Counted from the stretch's first letter, positions 37,700 to 51,338 are shown. The stretch is 64,000 nucleotides of DNA from Felis catus (GCF_018350175.1 NC_058368.1:101806001-101870000), one strand, 5' to 3'. Translations and numbers: made by a program. Notes: generated from the letters alone by a model not told the origin.

Positions 37700-38140
37700 A
37701 AAAAACTCCCTCAATGTCATAAAAGAAAGAAAAATTGTGAAAATGCCTAATAGTCCAGATTAAAGAAAACTTAAGGGACATGACCACTGAGAATAGATTG
37801 TAACACATGATCCCAGAGAGGGGATCCTGTAAGGGGTGAGGAAAACACTCTAAAGAACATTATTAGGTCAATTGACAAACTTTGAACAACTGGACTGTGG
37901 TTATACAAGAGAGTATCACTGATCTTAGGAAATACGTAATGCAGTATTTTGGGTGAAGGGCCACAATGTAGGTAACAAACCTTCAAATGCTTTAAGATAA
38001 AGACAGAGGAGAAGGGAGAGGGAGAAGGAGACTGACAAAATCAGTGTGGCAAAATGGTAAAAATAAATCAATGTGAGGAAGGCATATACGGGTGCTCTTC
38101 TCCAAGTTGGAAACTTTTTCCAAATTAAAAGTTAAAACAA
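37700..38140 (+). mobile_element. L1MC4-like 3' end
   Basis: CCAGATTAAAGAAAACTTAAGGGACATGAC, AAAGAACATTATTAGGTCAATTG, CTTAGGAAATAC, GTGGCAAAATG. Confidence 0.75.
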
Positions 38141-38412
38141 AAATAGTTTACTCCACTAAAGACAGTCCAAATCCTAAGTACAGCCCTTGAAAATTAAATC
38201 TCATGCTCTGCTTGAGCTCTCATTATCCCAGTTTTTAGCTTTTCTCTTTTCCTTTGAAGAAAGGAGTGTAAATTCTGATCACCCTTTTGATTTAGTTATT
38301 TGAGTGCTGAGAAGTCTATGCACTGCCTGTGCTGCTCACGTGCTCCTGGATATGGCCAGGGCAGAAGCCAGATCGTCAAGGGGAGCCCACCAAACCTATC
38401 TTCGATGATTTT

Positions 38413-38630
38413 TAAAAAAAAAATTTTAATGTTTTTATTCATTTTTGAGACAGAGTCAGAGCACAAGTGGGGGAGAGGGACAGAGAGAGAGAGGAAGACA
38501 GAATCTGAAGCAGACTCCAGGCTCTGGGCTGTCAGCACAGAGCGTGACGTGGGCCTCGAACTCAAGAACCATGACATCATGACCTGAGCTGGAGTTGGAC
38601 CCTCAACCGACTGAGCCACCCAGGTGGCCC
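38413..38630 (-). mobile_element. Can-SINE
   Basis: Reverse SINE; degenerate TSD TCTTCGATGATTTT / TCTTGGCTGATTTT. Confidence 0.94.
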
Positions 38631-39156
38631 CCGTCTTGGCTGATTTTAATCCAACTCTTGATCATGACCCCTCAAAACAAGTGGGAACTCCTGGACAAAT
38701 GGTGAACCTCAAGACATGACAGTTATGAACAGGACTGTCTCCAACCAACTGGACTGGGGACAGAGGGGATACCGTCATTAACAGGGAGACCCCTGTGAAA
38801 GCCATGTGCAAAGATTCAGAACGAAGCAGCTCCTGGAACATGGGTGATGGTCAAACAATCCCAAACACTTCACTATTGGTGACAGAGGCAGGGAAGAACT
38901 AAAAGGTCAAAACATCAATGCTAACTAGTCCCACTGGAGAAAAGAGTTTCAAAATAGAGTTACACTATTTTGACAGTCAGAGGTCAGGAGTGCTTGGTAT
39001 TTGAAACGAGCGCTGGCAGTCCATATGCATTCTTTTTAGAAGTATAAAAATACTGTGTTTGCCCTGTCAGAAATAGATGAAAGATGACAATTTGTAGTTT
39101 GTTGTTCCCAACAGGGTAAGTCCTTTATATTTCTGAGTGACATTCAGCTCCATTTC

Positions 39157-39275
<119 letters not shown>

Positions 39276-39639
39276 CTGTACAAACTCAGTAAGCTGTCAG
39301 GTGTCAAATGTAGGAAAGTCTCTATTTCTTCTTCTGGAGAGATGAAAGATGACTTGGAATATGGCCTCAACTATAGATTCAAAAAAGTTATGTATTTGTC
39401 CTCAATCACACAATGGTTAGGAGAGTGCATGGCGTAAACTTCGTTCCCAGACAAGGAACAGAATTCTAAGCTGGCTGTATCTTAGTAGGAATGATCTCGG
39501 TCTTGGTCAGTGTCATCTGCCTAACGAAGAATACGTAATTCTGAAACATATCAGAAATGATAGCCATTTTGATTTTTCACTCCCAGGATGATCAGTATTA
39601 AAGCCCTTTTCCTTCCTTCCTCCTCTGCTAATTTCAATG

Positions 39640-40060
39640 ATTTTTAGCGCTTTCTCTGTGCCAGACATCCCAGTGTTTTACATACATTTTCTCATTTTAC
39701 CCTTATTCCAACCCTGAGAGATAGGTATCACCTCTATTTGATAGGTAAGAGGGGCACCTAGGTAGCTCAGTCGGTTAAGTATCACCATGATCGGTGATTC
39801 ATGGGTTGGAACCCTGCGACGGGCTCTGTGTTGACAGCTCAGAGCCTGGAGTCTGCTTTGGATTTTGTGTCTCCCTCTCTCTCTGTCCCTCGCCCCTCAA
39901 CTCGTGCTGTGTCTCTCAAAATTGGATAAACGTTAAAAAAAATTTAAAAAAATATGGGAGAAAAATGATGCTAACTGGTAAAGCATTTACTTCCCTCAAA
40001 TTCAGTTGATGAGAACAGAGGGTTGGCACAGAAAGGACTGGTTTCCATTTGGGGGGATCT
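39640..40060 (-). mobile_element. MIR relic interrupted by a Can-SINE
   Basis: TGTGCCAGACA...TTTACATACATTTTCTCATTT...CCCTGAGAGATAGGTAT. Confidence 0.6.
39751..39952 (+). mobile_element. Can-SINE with internal deletion
   Basis: GGGGCACCTAGGTAGCTCAG head, typical body and tail. Confidence 0.92.
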
Positions 40061-40309
40061 AAATCCTCAGCTCCAAGCCACAATACAATTCTGTCTTCCA
40101 AAGAGCAATGCCCTTTATTCCTATGTCAGCAATTTTCTGTTTGAAAAGTGCATTTAAGGGACTCCATTTACCCTTTAACAGTCAGCAGGGACACATTTGA
40201 TTCCTCTACAGGTGTCTTTCAGGTGATTGTAACTATATTGATTTCACCAAGTCAACCTCGCCAATGTGTTCTAATAATAACTCAAGAGCCTCACTTCATT
40301 AGAAGTGAG

Positions 40310-40499
40310 TTTTTTTTAATGTTTATTTTTGAGAGGGGGGAGTGGCAGAGAGAGAGAGGAACACAGAATCTGAAGCAGGGTCCAGGCTCAGAGCTGTCAG
40401 CACAGAGCCCGACACGGGGCTCGAGCCTATGAACAACAGCAAGATCATGACCTGAGCTGAAGTCAGATACTTAAAGCAACTGAGCCACCCAGGAACTCC
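40310..40499 (-). mobile_element. Can-SINE
   Basis: Reverse SINE ...CTGAGCCACCCAGG. Confidence 0.93.
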
Positions 40500-41624
40500 T
40501 GAGAGGAGTCTGTTCCTAAAGCATTCTACTCTTGAAGAATCTAAATGTAAGACAATGATTTTATGTATTCAGCTCATAGCTGTCTTTAGAACCAATTGCT
40601 AACCATCTGTCTCTATCTATCTTTTGGAAAATAACAGAAAAAGCCCAATGCTTCTTCAATTTGACAAGCTTTCCAACATTTTAAGGCAGGTCTATTTTGT
40701 GCCTTTTTTTTTTTCTTGTCTACGAAAACTTTTCAGAATACAAGGTAACCTAGCTGGCTCTGATAAATACATCTCGTTTCTCTCCCAGAGAGGCAGACAT
40801 GAGTCCAACACTTTTAAAGGTTCTCCCTTTCTAATATCAAACTTGTGGTTTTCGTTGAACTCCAGCCATCTGCAGGATTCCACCCCAAATTGATCTCAAT
40901 GAGATCATGAGTTAGAACATGACCTGCAAACCCAGCACACATTTAGAAATCAGCGTGCTGCCTTGGTCCTTTTCCTCAGGAGGTACTCCATCCTCTGTGA
41001 GTGGATAATTCCTGGGCTGCTGGACTTGGGTAGTCCCTTTACAAACCCTCCCTTTATGCATCTTCTCCTTTATCTCATCAAGTAGATGTTACACTCCCAT
41101 TAAGAAAATGACTTACAGTAAACTCTTAACAATTGTTCCTTCCCTTCCCTAGTTCAGAGTAATTAACAACTGCGCACCACCATGGAATCTAACACTCATC
41201 ACCAGCTCTTTGGATTGCAAAACCAAAAACTTTCTACTGGTTGTGCTCTTTAAAGTCTGAATAGTTTTCTTGCATTAAGCCATATACAGAACTCAATGTC
41301 TCAAAGAGGTGAAGGCACCACTTAACAGTAAACAATGTGTAGTTTCTGAGTTAAATTTAAAACATGTACTCCAAAATCAATTAATAGGAAAAAGTAGGCT
41401 TCTTGGATGCTCAACACAAGTTTTTAGTCTGTGGTTATAAATATCATCTGTAGTCATCCTATCAGCCTATCAAGTTTCTTTCCTTATCATTTACCTATAT
41501 ACCTGTACATAACATTTTGATTAAACTGATTCACCACCTTCAAAGGGGAACGGTAACACTATTTTGTTCAAAGTTCAGTCATTAAAACTAAAAGGTGCTC
41601 ACATTCCTCGCCCTTGAGAGATGT

Positions 41625-41770
41625 GAGGGGTTAGAAGCACTCTGCAATCATACTGCTGGTCTTCAAATATTAACTCTTCTGACACACTGACCTTGGGCAA
41701 ACAACTTAAACTTTTTGAAGCCCCGTTTTCTTATCAGTAAAATGTGCCCACTGTTGGCACTCCACAGATA
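41625..41770 (+). mobile_element. MIR SINE
   Basis: TGACCTTGGGCAAACAACTTAAAC...TTTTCTTATCAGTAAAATG. Confidence 0.7.
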
Positions 41771-42227
41771 TTATGATTATTTTTAGACATAAATATTACA
41801 TGTTATAAAATATAAGCTATACAAACTGTACATAATATATAAAAGCATCGACTGTAACATGATGACTAAATATGGACACATTCTTGGGATTCCCTGTACA
41901 CTAATATATAGAATGAACTTATTCTCCAAGCAGATACTACCTGAACCTTTTTGAGCATTATTTGAGTAGAATGACGACTAGAGAGGGGGATGTGACATCC
42001 AATTTTACTAGCATCAACATTCCTTGAACTAAAATTTCAAAAGTGCCAGTCCTGAGCTATAAAGCTCTCAATAAATGACACACTTGTAACAAACCCAAAC
42101 ATATTCCCAGTATGGCAGGTGAAGTTTTTAACCCCAAACTGAGTCAACAATCAAAGTGTAAGTCAACCTATATGTCAATATGCATTATGTCATAAACTGT
42201 GCTTTTTACAGATTTAATGTGGATTCA

Positions 42228-42338
42228 TTTTTTTAGAGATTTTATTTTTAAGTAATCTCTCCATGCACATGGGGTTCAAACTCACAACCTGGAGATCAAG
42301 AGTCATGGGCTCTACTAACTGAGCCAGGAAAGTGCCCC
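42228..42338 (-). mobile_element. Short old Can-SINE (tRNA-Lys-like, SINEC_old-like)
   Basis: TTTAAGTAATCTCT...GGGGTTCAAACTCACAACCTGGAGATCAAGAGTC...GTGCCCC. Confidence 0.85.
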
Positions 42339-42630
42339 ATGGATTGTTATATAAAGAGATTTACATCAAGTGCTTTGTGGGAGATGTTAAGTACCTGTAG
42401 AATACAGCATGAACATTTCTGATCATGATATATCATGAGACTAGAGAGTTTCCTTATTCGTTTATCAATATTCCTTTCAAAATTGACACATGCTTGCCTT
42501 TTTCTTTTTTCTTTTTGTTACCAGCAGGCTGAATCTACTTGGTTTAAACGGATATACCATCAAATTTCTCTAAGCTTATTTCCTCATGGTAAAAAGAGAG
42601 ATAGTAATAACTCTCCAAAGATTAAGCGAA

Positions 42631-42843
42631 GGGCTGCCTGGGTCGCTCTGGCGGCTGGGCATCCAACTTCAGCTCAGGTCATGATCTCACGGTTCCTGAG
42701 TTCGAGCCCCGCATCAGGCTCTGTGCCGACAGCTCAGAGCCTGGAGCCCGCTTCAGATTCTGTTTTTCCTTCTCTCTCTGCCCCTCCCCCACTCACACTC
42801 ACACTGTCTCTGTCTCTCTCAAAAATAAATATTAAAAAAAATG
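42631..42843 (+). mobile_element. Can-SINE
   Basis: TSD AAAGATTAAGCGAA / AAAGATTAAGTGAA (42617-42630 / 42844-42857). Confidence 0.95.
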
Positions 42844-45689
42844 AAAGATTAAGTGAAATACTATTTATAATGTACTTCGCAAATACCTACAAAGGGTAAT
42901 CACTCATTAAGCACTACCTTATTGTCGTTTTGGCTATTGATTTTTTCCCTTATATTAGAGATGTCTGTGTGTTTTGAAGGGGACACATTCGAAACATTAT
43001 TCTAAGAAGGAAATCAGAAAGGTCTCCACAAGTCTGCTGCTTCTCCAGAAGCAAATATAATCAACTTTACTAGCTTACAGCACAACTTTCACAAACTAAG
43101 AGAGCCAATTGTGGGAAACTGGCTTCAATTATATGTATGCAGATGGTCTTCTAATTCAGAATACTGCCCATGTGGGAGAATTCGGTAGGTGAATAAAGTA
43201 AGAACTTTCACGACACGATCACTTTTTATGTGACCACAGATTTAACTAATTTAAAATTCCTGGCTCGCGGTAGACTGAAGGGAAGAGGGTGCCTGGTCTG
43301 AGTATGAATTTTGCTGCAGTGAAAAAGTGTGGAGAAAACAACCTCCAAGTAGAAATTTAAAATGCTCCACGAGATTTATTTTTACCTGTTATACGAGTAA
43401 CCACTGCTGGTAATAGGATCTTCTTTCTGTTACAAACCTTATTATTTTAAACACTTGAAGATCACTATGGGTCTGCGAAAAGCCAGGGTTCAAGAATACA
43501 TTCCTAAAGGTGAGTCTAGAAAATAATTCAATGACAACATACTTTAATATAATCAGTTGATACAAAAATGTGTATTAAAACAGACAATCTGTCTCATTAA
43601 CATTCAGCAGACATCTCAGTCAGCTGGAACTAAGCTCATTTCAGACTCACACATACAGAAATCTCAGATAGATTACAAATATATGGGCATGCACACAATT
43701 AATTAAAATACACTTTGTAAGTGTTTAAGGTGCTAAGATTATTTCGGTGGGTGCATCTGCATATTTTTATGACATACTGTGTCACTGCCTTTTCAAATTT
43801 GAGTAAATTACAGTTTTGCAAACCATAATTACATTGGCTCATGCTTGATGGTTACGCTTTGTAATGCTGAGCCAATATTAATCAAGATTTCCTAAATTTA
43901 TATCTCATTCCCTGTATGTCATGTTAGTGCTTATGCTCTTTGGATAATTATACTCCTCTATTGCTTTTATTATGTGGTTGGATACCACTCTCTTAGCCCC
44001 ATCGCTCCCATCAAATCAGACCATAATTTAAACTACACTTTCTTTTTATCCTTTTGGCCAATACTTGTTACTGTGTGATACTTTCACCTTTCTGTCCACC
44101 ATCCTTCCCACTCATCAAAACCAGATTGCATTTTGTTGCAGAAGAAAGATGTGTTCAATACAACTTTGCCAAGAAGATGGTTATTGATATGTCTTTGAAG
44201 GGTAGCTGTATTGCTTATGTCCCATCGGGGACTGGACAAGTGAGATTTAAATTGCTTGTGGTACCAAGTAAAAGCCAAGTGGTTTCTTTGCAATTTAAAA
44301 ATTTGAAATGAAGCAGTCACTATGCCATTCTCACATTTCAGAGAAGAGCTGTGAGTAAAGAAATGGTCCTTCGAGAGAGCCTACAGAAAGAGGCTTTCAT
44401 TATGGAAAATGAGATCCATAGGAACACTGAAATATATTGTCACAGTCTTAAGAATGTCATTAGATTTAAAGCTAACAGAGTCAAATAACTTAGAGTTGAT
44501 TTCTAAGTCTTTAAAATTCCTATAAAGTTACCTTTGCAAATACCAATGCATACTTAAAACCCTTACAAAGGCTCTATTAGGTCTCTATGAAGTTTTTTAT
44601 TTTAGAGACATTTCATTTGGTGGCTTTTAGTAACTGGGGCATGGACTGTTTGTTACCTACGGAAACTGTGCAAAAACCTCTGATTAATGTGAACAGAGCG
44701 GGAACTTACTAAAAGTTCACTGAAAACATACATACATGTATCAGTTACATGCAAATGAGGCTTCAAGTCAGGAGCAAGTGAAATCCAAGAACATGGCCCT
44801 CCACGCTGTCCAGTGAGAAATGTCCACTTCAAAATATGCTTTTTCCAAGAGCAGTTAGAGAAAATTCTCTTTTGGTGGCCCAGTCTGAGATATAAATACA
44901 GTTTTTTAAGGTTTTCCTGAACAGCTTTCTTATAAAGGGTGAAAAACATTCTTAGCATTTTCTATTTCTTCATAATCTCTAATTAAAGAGTTGGCACCTC
45001 AAATGAGAGGGTGTGGAGTGTGAACCAATTCAAACTGCTTATTTTCAACCTGAAAGATTTGTTTTCTTTTCTTGGGCTGCTCTTCTCTCCTGAACAAAGT
45101 TCTCTTAACTTGGCATGGTGCATCTGTGATTTTTGACATGATTTTCGTCACGACTGTCATCTATGAGGACACCTTTGTTTACAGGGAACCTATCTGTCTT
45201 CACACTTTAGTCCCTTGTGCCACATACAGAAGATACCAAGGGTATATGCTCAGGGCCTGAAGGAGTCTCCCCCATCATGAGTGGGTTGGAGGGCTGCTGC
45301 TTTTGGATTCGTCCCCTCTCATACTACCTTCTAGAGTATCAAGAGACACAAAAACGCAAATTTCCAGGTAACATGACAAAACGATACAGATTTATAAATC
45401 TCTCTTCAATCCCCTTTCTGTATCTCAATGTAGACATAGAGGAAATGCAAAAGGATCCAGAAGGAACTAAAAGCAAGGCAACCTTGAAGACTGAACTTTA
45501 AATGTGCTGCTCTACTGACAATCGTGATCCACTGGGTAAGATCCAAAGGCTTACTAGCTTGAAGTGCTTGCCAACAACTTCTGTCCACTCAGTGTATGGC
45601 AACTAAGCTATGCAAAAAAAAAAAAAAAAAAAAAGGCGGGGGAGGGGGGGAAGGGGCAACCCTTAGGAAGCCAAAATTGCAAACAAAAT

Positions 45690-46560
45690 GAATTGTAAAA
45701 CTTGAGCAGAGAGGTCAGTGGCCACTCAGAACAAGTGAGACAGATCTCAGATTTAGACCCAACAAGTCACAAAACAAACAAAAAATACATACAAGCAGCA
45801 ATAGTAAAAACTTTAGGGGACCATTTAGAATCGTAGTTGGAATTATGTATGACTTTAAATGTATCACTTCCAACAAAAAAAAATTATAAGCTATCCAAAG
45901 AATGGCTGAACTGGGAATCAAACAGAAAACCAAAACAAACAAAAAACCCCACAAGGACTATAAGGTCACTTTGCCCAAAAATGTTGGATTTAGCAAATAC
46001 TTCAGAGGGGCTATTACGCATATGGGCAAAGAACTCAAAGAAATCATGTTGAAAGAATTAAAGTAAAACATGACAATAATGAATCAAACAGAGAATGTCA
46101 GTAAGAAGATAACAACCATTCTGAAAAAAGAACCAAACAGAAACTGATACTGATAAGACCAATTAATAAATTTAAAAGTGAAGGAGAGGGAGTCGATAGC
46201 AGATGGGACATGGAAGAAAAAATAAACAATGAACTAGGAAATAAATAGAAATGAATCAGTTTGAAGAACAGAGAGAGCAAAGATATAAGTATAATGAACT
46301 GAGTCTCAAGATTCGTTGGGACCATATCAAGCGTACTAATGTATGTTTAATTAGAGACCAGGGGGAGAGCAGAGAAAGAAAGGAACAGGAAAAAAAAAAA
46401 CACATGTATTTAAAAAAAAAAAATTAATGGCTAACTTCCCAATTTTGATGCAAAAATTAATCCACTTACTCAAAAAGTTCAACAAACCCAAAGTAGAATA
46501 AATGAAAGAAATCTATACGCAGGTACATCACCATGTTGAAAATAAAAGACCAGTAAAAAA
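45690..46560 (+). mobile_element. Ancient L1 (L1MD/ME-like) 5' end / ORF1 remnant
   Basis: ATGTTGGATTTAGCAAA, AAAGAATTAAAG, TGAAGAACAGAGAG, TGGGACCATATCAAGCGTACTAAT, AACTTCCCAATTTTGATG. Confidence 0.75.
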
Positions 46561-46561
46561 A

Positions 46562-47265
46562 ATGGAAATGTCAAGTAGGCTATGTAATATATAGTCCCAT
46601 ATTTCAGGAGAGAGTGAATCTAGGCTGGAGATAAAAATCAGGATTTTACCAGCATTCGGTTGGTATTTAAAACCACGAGAGTGGGTGAGATTATAGAACA
46701 GAGGCCTAGAATTGAGCTTTGAACACTCCAGGATGTAGCAACCAGGAGAGTGAAGAGGAGCCAACAAGACGGATTAAGAAGGAGCTGCCAAAGAATTAGG
46801 TAGAAAATCAGGATAAGGTGTACCCTTGAACCCAAGGAAGAACATTTCAAGAGGAGGGACAGGTGTGTAAAGAATCACGCGGCATGATAAATGACAACTA
46901 AGGTTAGATTTAGCAATGTGGATGTCTTTTTAAAAATTTTTTAAGTGGATTTATTTTGAAAGAAGAGTGCATGAGTAGGGGAGGGACAGAGAGAGAGAGG
47001 ATCCCGAGCAGGCTCTGTGCTGTCAGCCCCCCAAAACGGGGCTCTATACCACAAACCGTGAGATCATGACCTGAACTGAAATCAAGAGTCAGACGCTTAA
47101 GCAACTGAGCCACCTAGCAATGTGGATATCTTCGACAAAAGAAGAGCAGTTTGATGACTTAATGGGGAAAAATGTCTGTACTGTGGGCTTAAGAGAAATT
47201 GGATATATCCAGTATAAAGAAAAATTACACGTCTTATTGTGAAGGTAAGAAGATAAATGGCATAA
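46562..47265 (-). mobile_element. L2 fragment
   Basis: GGAAATGTCAAGTAGGC...CTAGGCTGGAGATA...GATTTAGCAATGTGGA; similar to 21630-22130. Confidence 0.75.
46929..47114 (-). mobile_element. Can-SINE, slightly 5'-truncated
   Basis: TSD TAGCAATGTGGATGTCTT / TAGCAATGTGGATATCTT (46911-46928 / 47115-47132). Confidence 0.93.
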
Positions 47266-48261
47266 ACATCGAGAGGTCTAGCCTATTCAAACTTAAGGCA
47301 TTAGCAACTTAAAACAGAATGTTACAAATATAGATTGTTAAATGTAAGCCTCATGGTAACCGCAAAGCAAAACCCTACAGTATATACACACACACAAAAT
47401 GAGAAAGGAATCTAAGGATATCACTAAACTCATCAAACCACAAATGAAGAAAGGAAGAGAAGAATAAAAAACAGAGGTGAACTGCAAAACATCCAGATGA
47501 CAATTAACAAACCCACAATAACTCTCTAAGTATTACTTAAAATGAACTAAATCCTCCAGTCAAAAAAACAGAGTGGTCAAATGATGAGAAAACAAGACTC
47601 ACCTATATGGTGCCTACAAGAGACTCATTTCAGATCGAAAGCCACACACACCTAAAAATGAAGACAGGGAAAAGATGTTCCATGCAAATGGAAATGAAAG
47701 GATACCTAGGGTAGCAATAATGATACCCCACAAAATAGACTTTAAGACAAAGACTGTATTAAGAGACAAAGGAGGGCATTACATAATAAGCGAGTCAAAT
47801 CCAACAAAAGGATTTAACATTTGGAAACAGTTATGCACCTGAAATAGGAACACCTATTTATACATATTTTATATATTTTGCATGGAACATTCCATCAAAA
47901 ACCAGAATACACATTATTCTCAAGGTCATCTGGAACATCTCAAAGATAGATCATGTCAGGGCACAAAACAAGTCTTAACAAATTGAAGAAGACTAAAACC
48001 CTATGAAGCATCTTTTCCAACCACAATAGCATGAAACCAAGTACCATTTACAAGAAGAAAACTGGAAAATTCACAAATATATGCACATTCAACAACACGC
48101 TATTGAATACCTACACCTCAAGTACCTAAAAACAAGAACAAAAATCCAAAAGTAGAACTGAGGATATAACAAAGACTAGAGCAGAAGTAAATGAAATGCA
48201 GACTAAAAAGCCAACAGAAAAGATGAATGAAACCAAGAGCTTGTTTGAAAAGAAAAACAGA

Positions 48262-48488
48262 GGGGCGCCTGGGTGGTGCAGTCGGTTAAGCGTTTGACTT
48301 CAGCCAGGTCACGATCTCGCGGTCCGTGAGTTCGAGCCCCACGTCAGGCTCTGGGCTGATGGCTCGGAGCCTGGAGCCTGTTTCCGATTCTGTGTCTCCT
48401 TCTCTCTCGGCCCCTCCCCCGTTCATGCTCTGTCTCTCTCTGTCCCAAAAATAAATAAAAAACGTTGAAAAAAAAATTAAAAAAAAAA
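48262..48488 (+). mobile_element. Young Can-SINE (SINEC_Fc-like)
   Basis: TSD AAAAGAAAAACAGA (48248-48261 / 48489-48502). Confidence 0.96.
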
Positions 48489-49164
48489 AAAAGAAAAACA
48501 GAATTGACAAGCTTTTCACTAATCTCACCAAGAACAAAAAGAACTCAAATAATCAACAAAAAGGGAGATGATACAACTCAGACCCAAAGAAATATAAAAG
48601 ATAATGAGACTACTATGAAGAGTTATACACCAACAGGTTGGACAACCTTCAAATGCTAAATCATGAAGAAACAGACAAATTAGTAGGAAGGAAATACAAT
48701 GAGTAGTAATAAAAAAAATTCCCTACAAACCCAAGTCCAGGACCAAAAATATAGAAAAGGAGAGAATACTTCCCTATTCATTCTACAAGGCCACAATTAT
48801 TTTGATACCAAAATCAGAGAAAGACATCACACATGATCAAGTGGGATTTATTCCAGGGATGCAAAGATGGGTCAACATCCCTAAAGCAATCAATGTAACG
48901 AATGACATTAACAAAATAAAGGATAAGAATCATATGATCATTTCAATAGATGCAGAAAAAACATTCAACAAAATTCAACATGCAGCTTTGATAAAGATTC
49001 CCATCAAAGCAGGCAGAGAGGAAACAATCCTCAACATAATAAAGATCATAAATGACAAGCCCATAGATAACATCATCCTCCATACTTAAAGGTTGAAAAC
49101 TTTTCCTTCAAAATCAGAAACAAGACAAGGATGCCCACTCCAGCCACTTTTATGAAACAGAGTA

Positions 49165-49298
49165 AACCCTGCGTTGGGCTCTGCACTGACAGCATGGAGC
49201 CTGCTTGGGATTCTCTCTCTCCCCGTCCCTTTCTATCCCCCTATCCCTCCCTCCCTCTCTCTCTCTCTCTCAAAATAAATAAATAAACTTAAAAAAAA
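49165..49298 (+). mobile_element. Headless Can-SINE 3' part
   Basis: CCCTGCGTTGGGCTCTGCACTGACAGCATGGAGCCTGCTTGGGATTC, CT linker and tail; no tRNA head. Confidence 0.9.
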
Positions 49299-50171
49299 CC
49301 TTGAAGCTTTAAAATTCCTAGAGAAAAGCAAAGGCACTGAACTCCTTGATGTCTTGGCCATGGTTTTTTGGATCTCATTCCTAAAGCAAAGGCAACCAAA
49401 GCAAAAATAAATGAGTGGGACTGCATCAAACTAAAAAGCTTCTGCACAGGGAAGGAAACCATAAACCAAATGAAAAGGAAACCTACTGAATAGGAAAAAA
49501 TCATTGGAAATCATTTATCCAATAAAGGGCTAATACCCAAAATATATGAAGAATCATACAACTCAAGAGAAAAAACCATTCAATTTAAGAAAAATGGGCA
49601 GAGGATCTAAATAAATAGACCTTCTTCCAAAGACCACCTACAGATGGCCAACAAGCACATGAAGAAATGTTCAACATCAGTAACCCTGACGGAAATGCAA
49701 ATCAAAATCACAATGAGAGAAACCTCACACTTGTCAGAATAGCTAGCATCAAAAAGACAAGAATTAACAACTGCTGATAAGGATCCTTGCACTCTGTGGG
49801 TGGGGATGTAGACTGGGGCAGCCACTACAGAAAACAATATGGAGGTTCTTCAACAAATTAAAAATACAACTACCATATGGCCCACCAATTCCATTTCTGG
49901 GTATTTGTCCAAAGAAAATGAAAACACTAAGCTAAAAAGATATATTCAACCTCATGTTAATTCCAATATTATTTATAATAGCCAAGATGTGGAAATAGCC
50001 TAAGCAACCAGTGAAAGGTGAATGGAAAAAGAAGATGTGATAGAGACAAAGAAATATTTTCATCCACAAAAAGGAATAAAATCTTGCCTTGCGTGACAAC
50101 ATGGATGGACTTTGAGGACATTATGCTAAGTGAAGTCAGGGAAAGACAAATTGCCCTATGACTTCATTTAT

Positions 50172-50379
50172 TTTTTAATGTTTATTTATTTTTGAGACAG
50201 ACACAGACGGAGCATGAATGGGGGAGGGTCAGAAAGAGAGGGAGACACAGAATCCGAAGCAGGCTCCAGGCTCTGAGCCGTCAGCACAGAGCCTGACGTG
50301 GGGCTCAAACTCACAAACCGTGGGATCATAACCTGGGCCGAAGTCGGAGGCCCAACCGACTGAGCCACCCAGGTGCCCC
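50172..50379 (-). mobile_element. Can-SINE inserted in the tail of a truncated SINE
   Basis: Full reverse SINE ending GGTGCCCC. Confidence 0.94.
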
Positions 50380-50382
50380 TAT

Positions 50383-50476
50383 TGTTTTTTCTTAAAGTTG
50401 AATTTATTTGAGAAAGAGCGAGAGAGAGAACATGGGAAGGGCAGAGAGGGAGACAAAGAGAATCCCAAGCAGGCTC
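50383..50476 (-). mobile_element. 5'-truncated older Can-SINE
   Basis: GAGAATCCCAAGCAGGCTC; outer TSD ATGACTTCATTTAT / ATGGCTTCATTTAT (50158-50171 / 50480-50493) brackets both SINEs. Confidence 0.85.
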
Positions 50477-50631
50477 ACAATGGCTTCATTTATATGTGGA
50501 ATCTAAAACAAACACACAGACCATTCTTAGAGATACAGCAAACAGAACGGTGGTTGCCAGAGGCAGGGGGAGAGGGGGTATAGGGAGGATGAAATGGGTA
50601 CAGAAGAATGAAATATAAAATACATAAAATA

Positions 50632-50825
50632 GGGGTGCCTGAGTGGCTCAGTTGGTTAAGCGTCCGACTTCGGCTCAGGTCATGATCTCACGGTCCGTGG
50701 ATTTGAGCCCCACGTCGGGCTCTGTGCTGACAGCTCAGAGCCTGGAGCCTGCTTTGGATTCTGTCTCCCTCTCTCCATGCTCCCTTCCCCACAAAGTCTT
50801 TCTCTTTCTCTCTCAAATATTAAAA
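50632..50825 (+). mobile_element. Can-SINE
   Basis: TSD AAAATACATAAAA(A)TA on both sides. Confidence 0.94.
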
Positions 50826-51095
50826 AAAATACATAAAAATAATTTTCTGTATGACATGTTTGAAAATTGCTACAACAGATTATAAAAGTCCTCACCACAA
50901 GAAAAAAAAATTGTGTAACTATGCACGGTGATGTCTGATGACAGGACTCATTGTAGTGATCATTTCACAGTATATACACATATCAAATCATGTTGAAACC
51001 CTGTTGCAACACGTTTTATGTTGATTTTGTCTCACAAAAGAAGGAAAAACACTTGGAGATCTCCAGCACACAAAAAAATCCCAAATTTTATTTTA

Positions 51096-51141
51096 CTTTA
51101 TTATTTTTTTATTAAAAAAATTTTTGTAATGTTTAGTCTTA

Positions 51142-51174
<33 letters not shown>

Positions 51175-51338
51175 CAGAGCATGAGAAGGGGAGGAGCAGA
51201 GAGAGACAGAATCTGAAGCAGGCTCCAGGCTCTGAGCTGTGAGCACAGAGCCCGATGCAGGGCTCGAACCCACGGACCTCAAGATCATGACCTGAGGCGA
51301 AGTCGGATGCCCAACCGACTGAGCCACCCAGGCGCCCC
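51096..51338 (-). mobile_element. Can-SINE
   Basis: TSD CAAATTTTATTTTA (51082-51095 / 51340-51353). Confidence 0.95.

Larger units (their letters stand above)
47300..51040 (+). mobile_element. L1MA9-like element (inter-ORF, deleted ORF2, 3'UTR)
   Basis: ORF 48802-49089 [13 protein letters not shown]...[13 protein letters not shown]; 3'UTR similar to 9066-9320; inter-ORF similar to 2400-2600. Confidence 0.88.

Noticed and set aside
38670..38770. hAT-Blackjack (MER81/94-like) fragment
   Set aside because: Only AACAGGACTGTC resembles it; terminal inverted repeats not identifiable.
42228..42338. tRNA gene
   Set aside because: tRNA-derived SINE with an A/T tail and decayed cloverleaf; the same applies to all SINE heads here.
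44084..44320. LLGKVVLN...QSGF peptide faintly like non-LTR RT domain 2
   Set aside because: Too short, wrong spacing and no other RT motifs nearby; would need an HMM hit.
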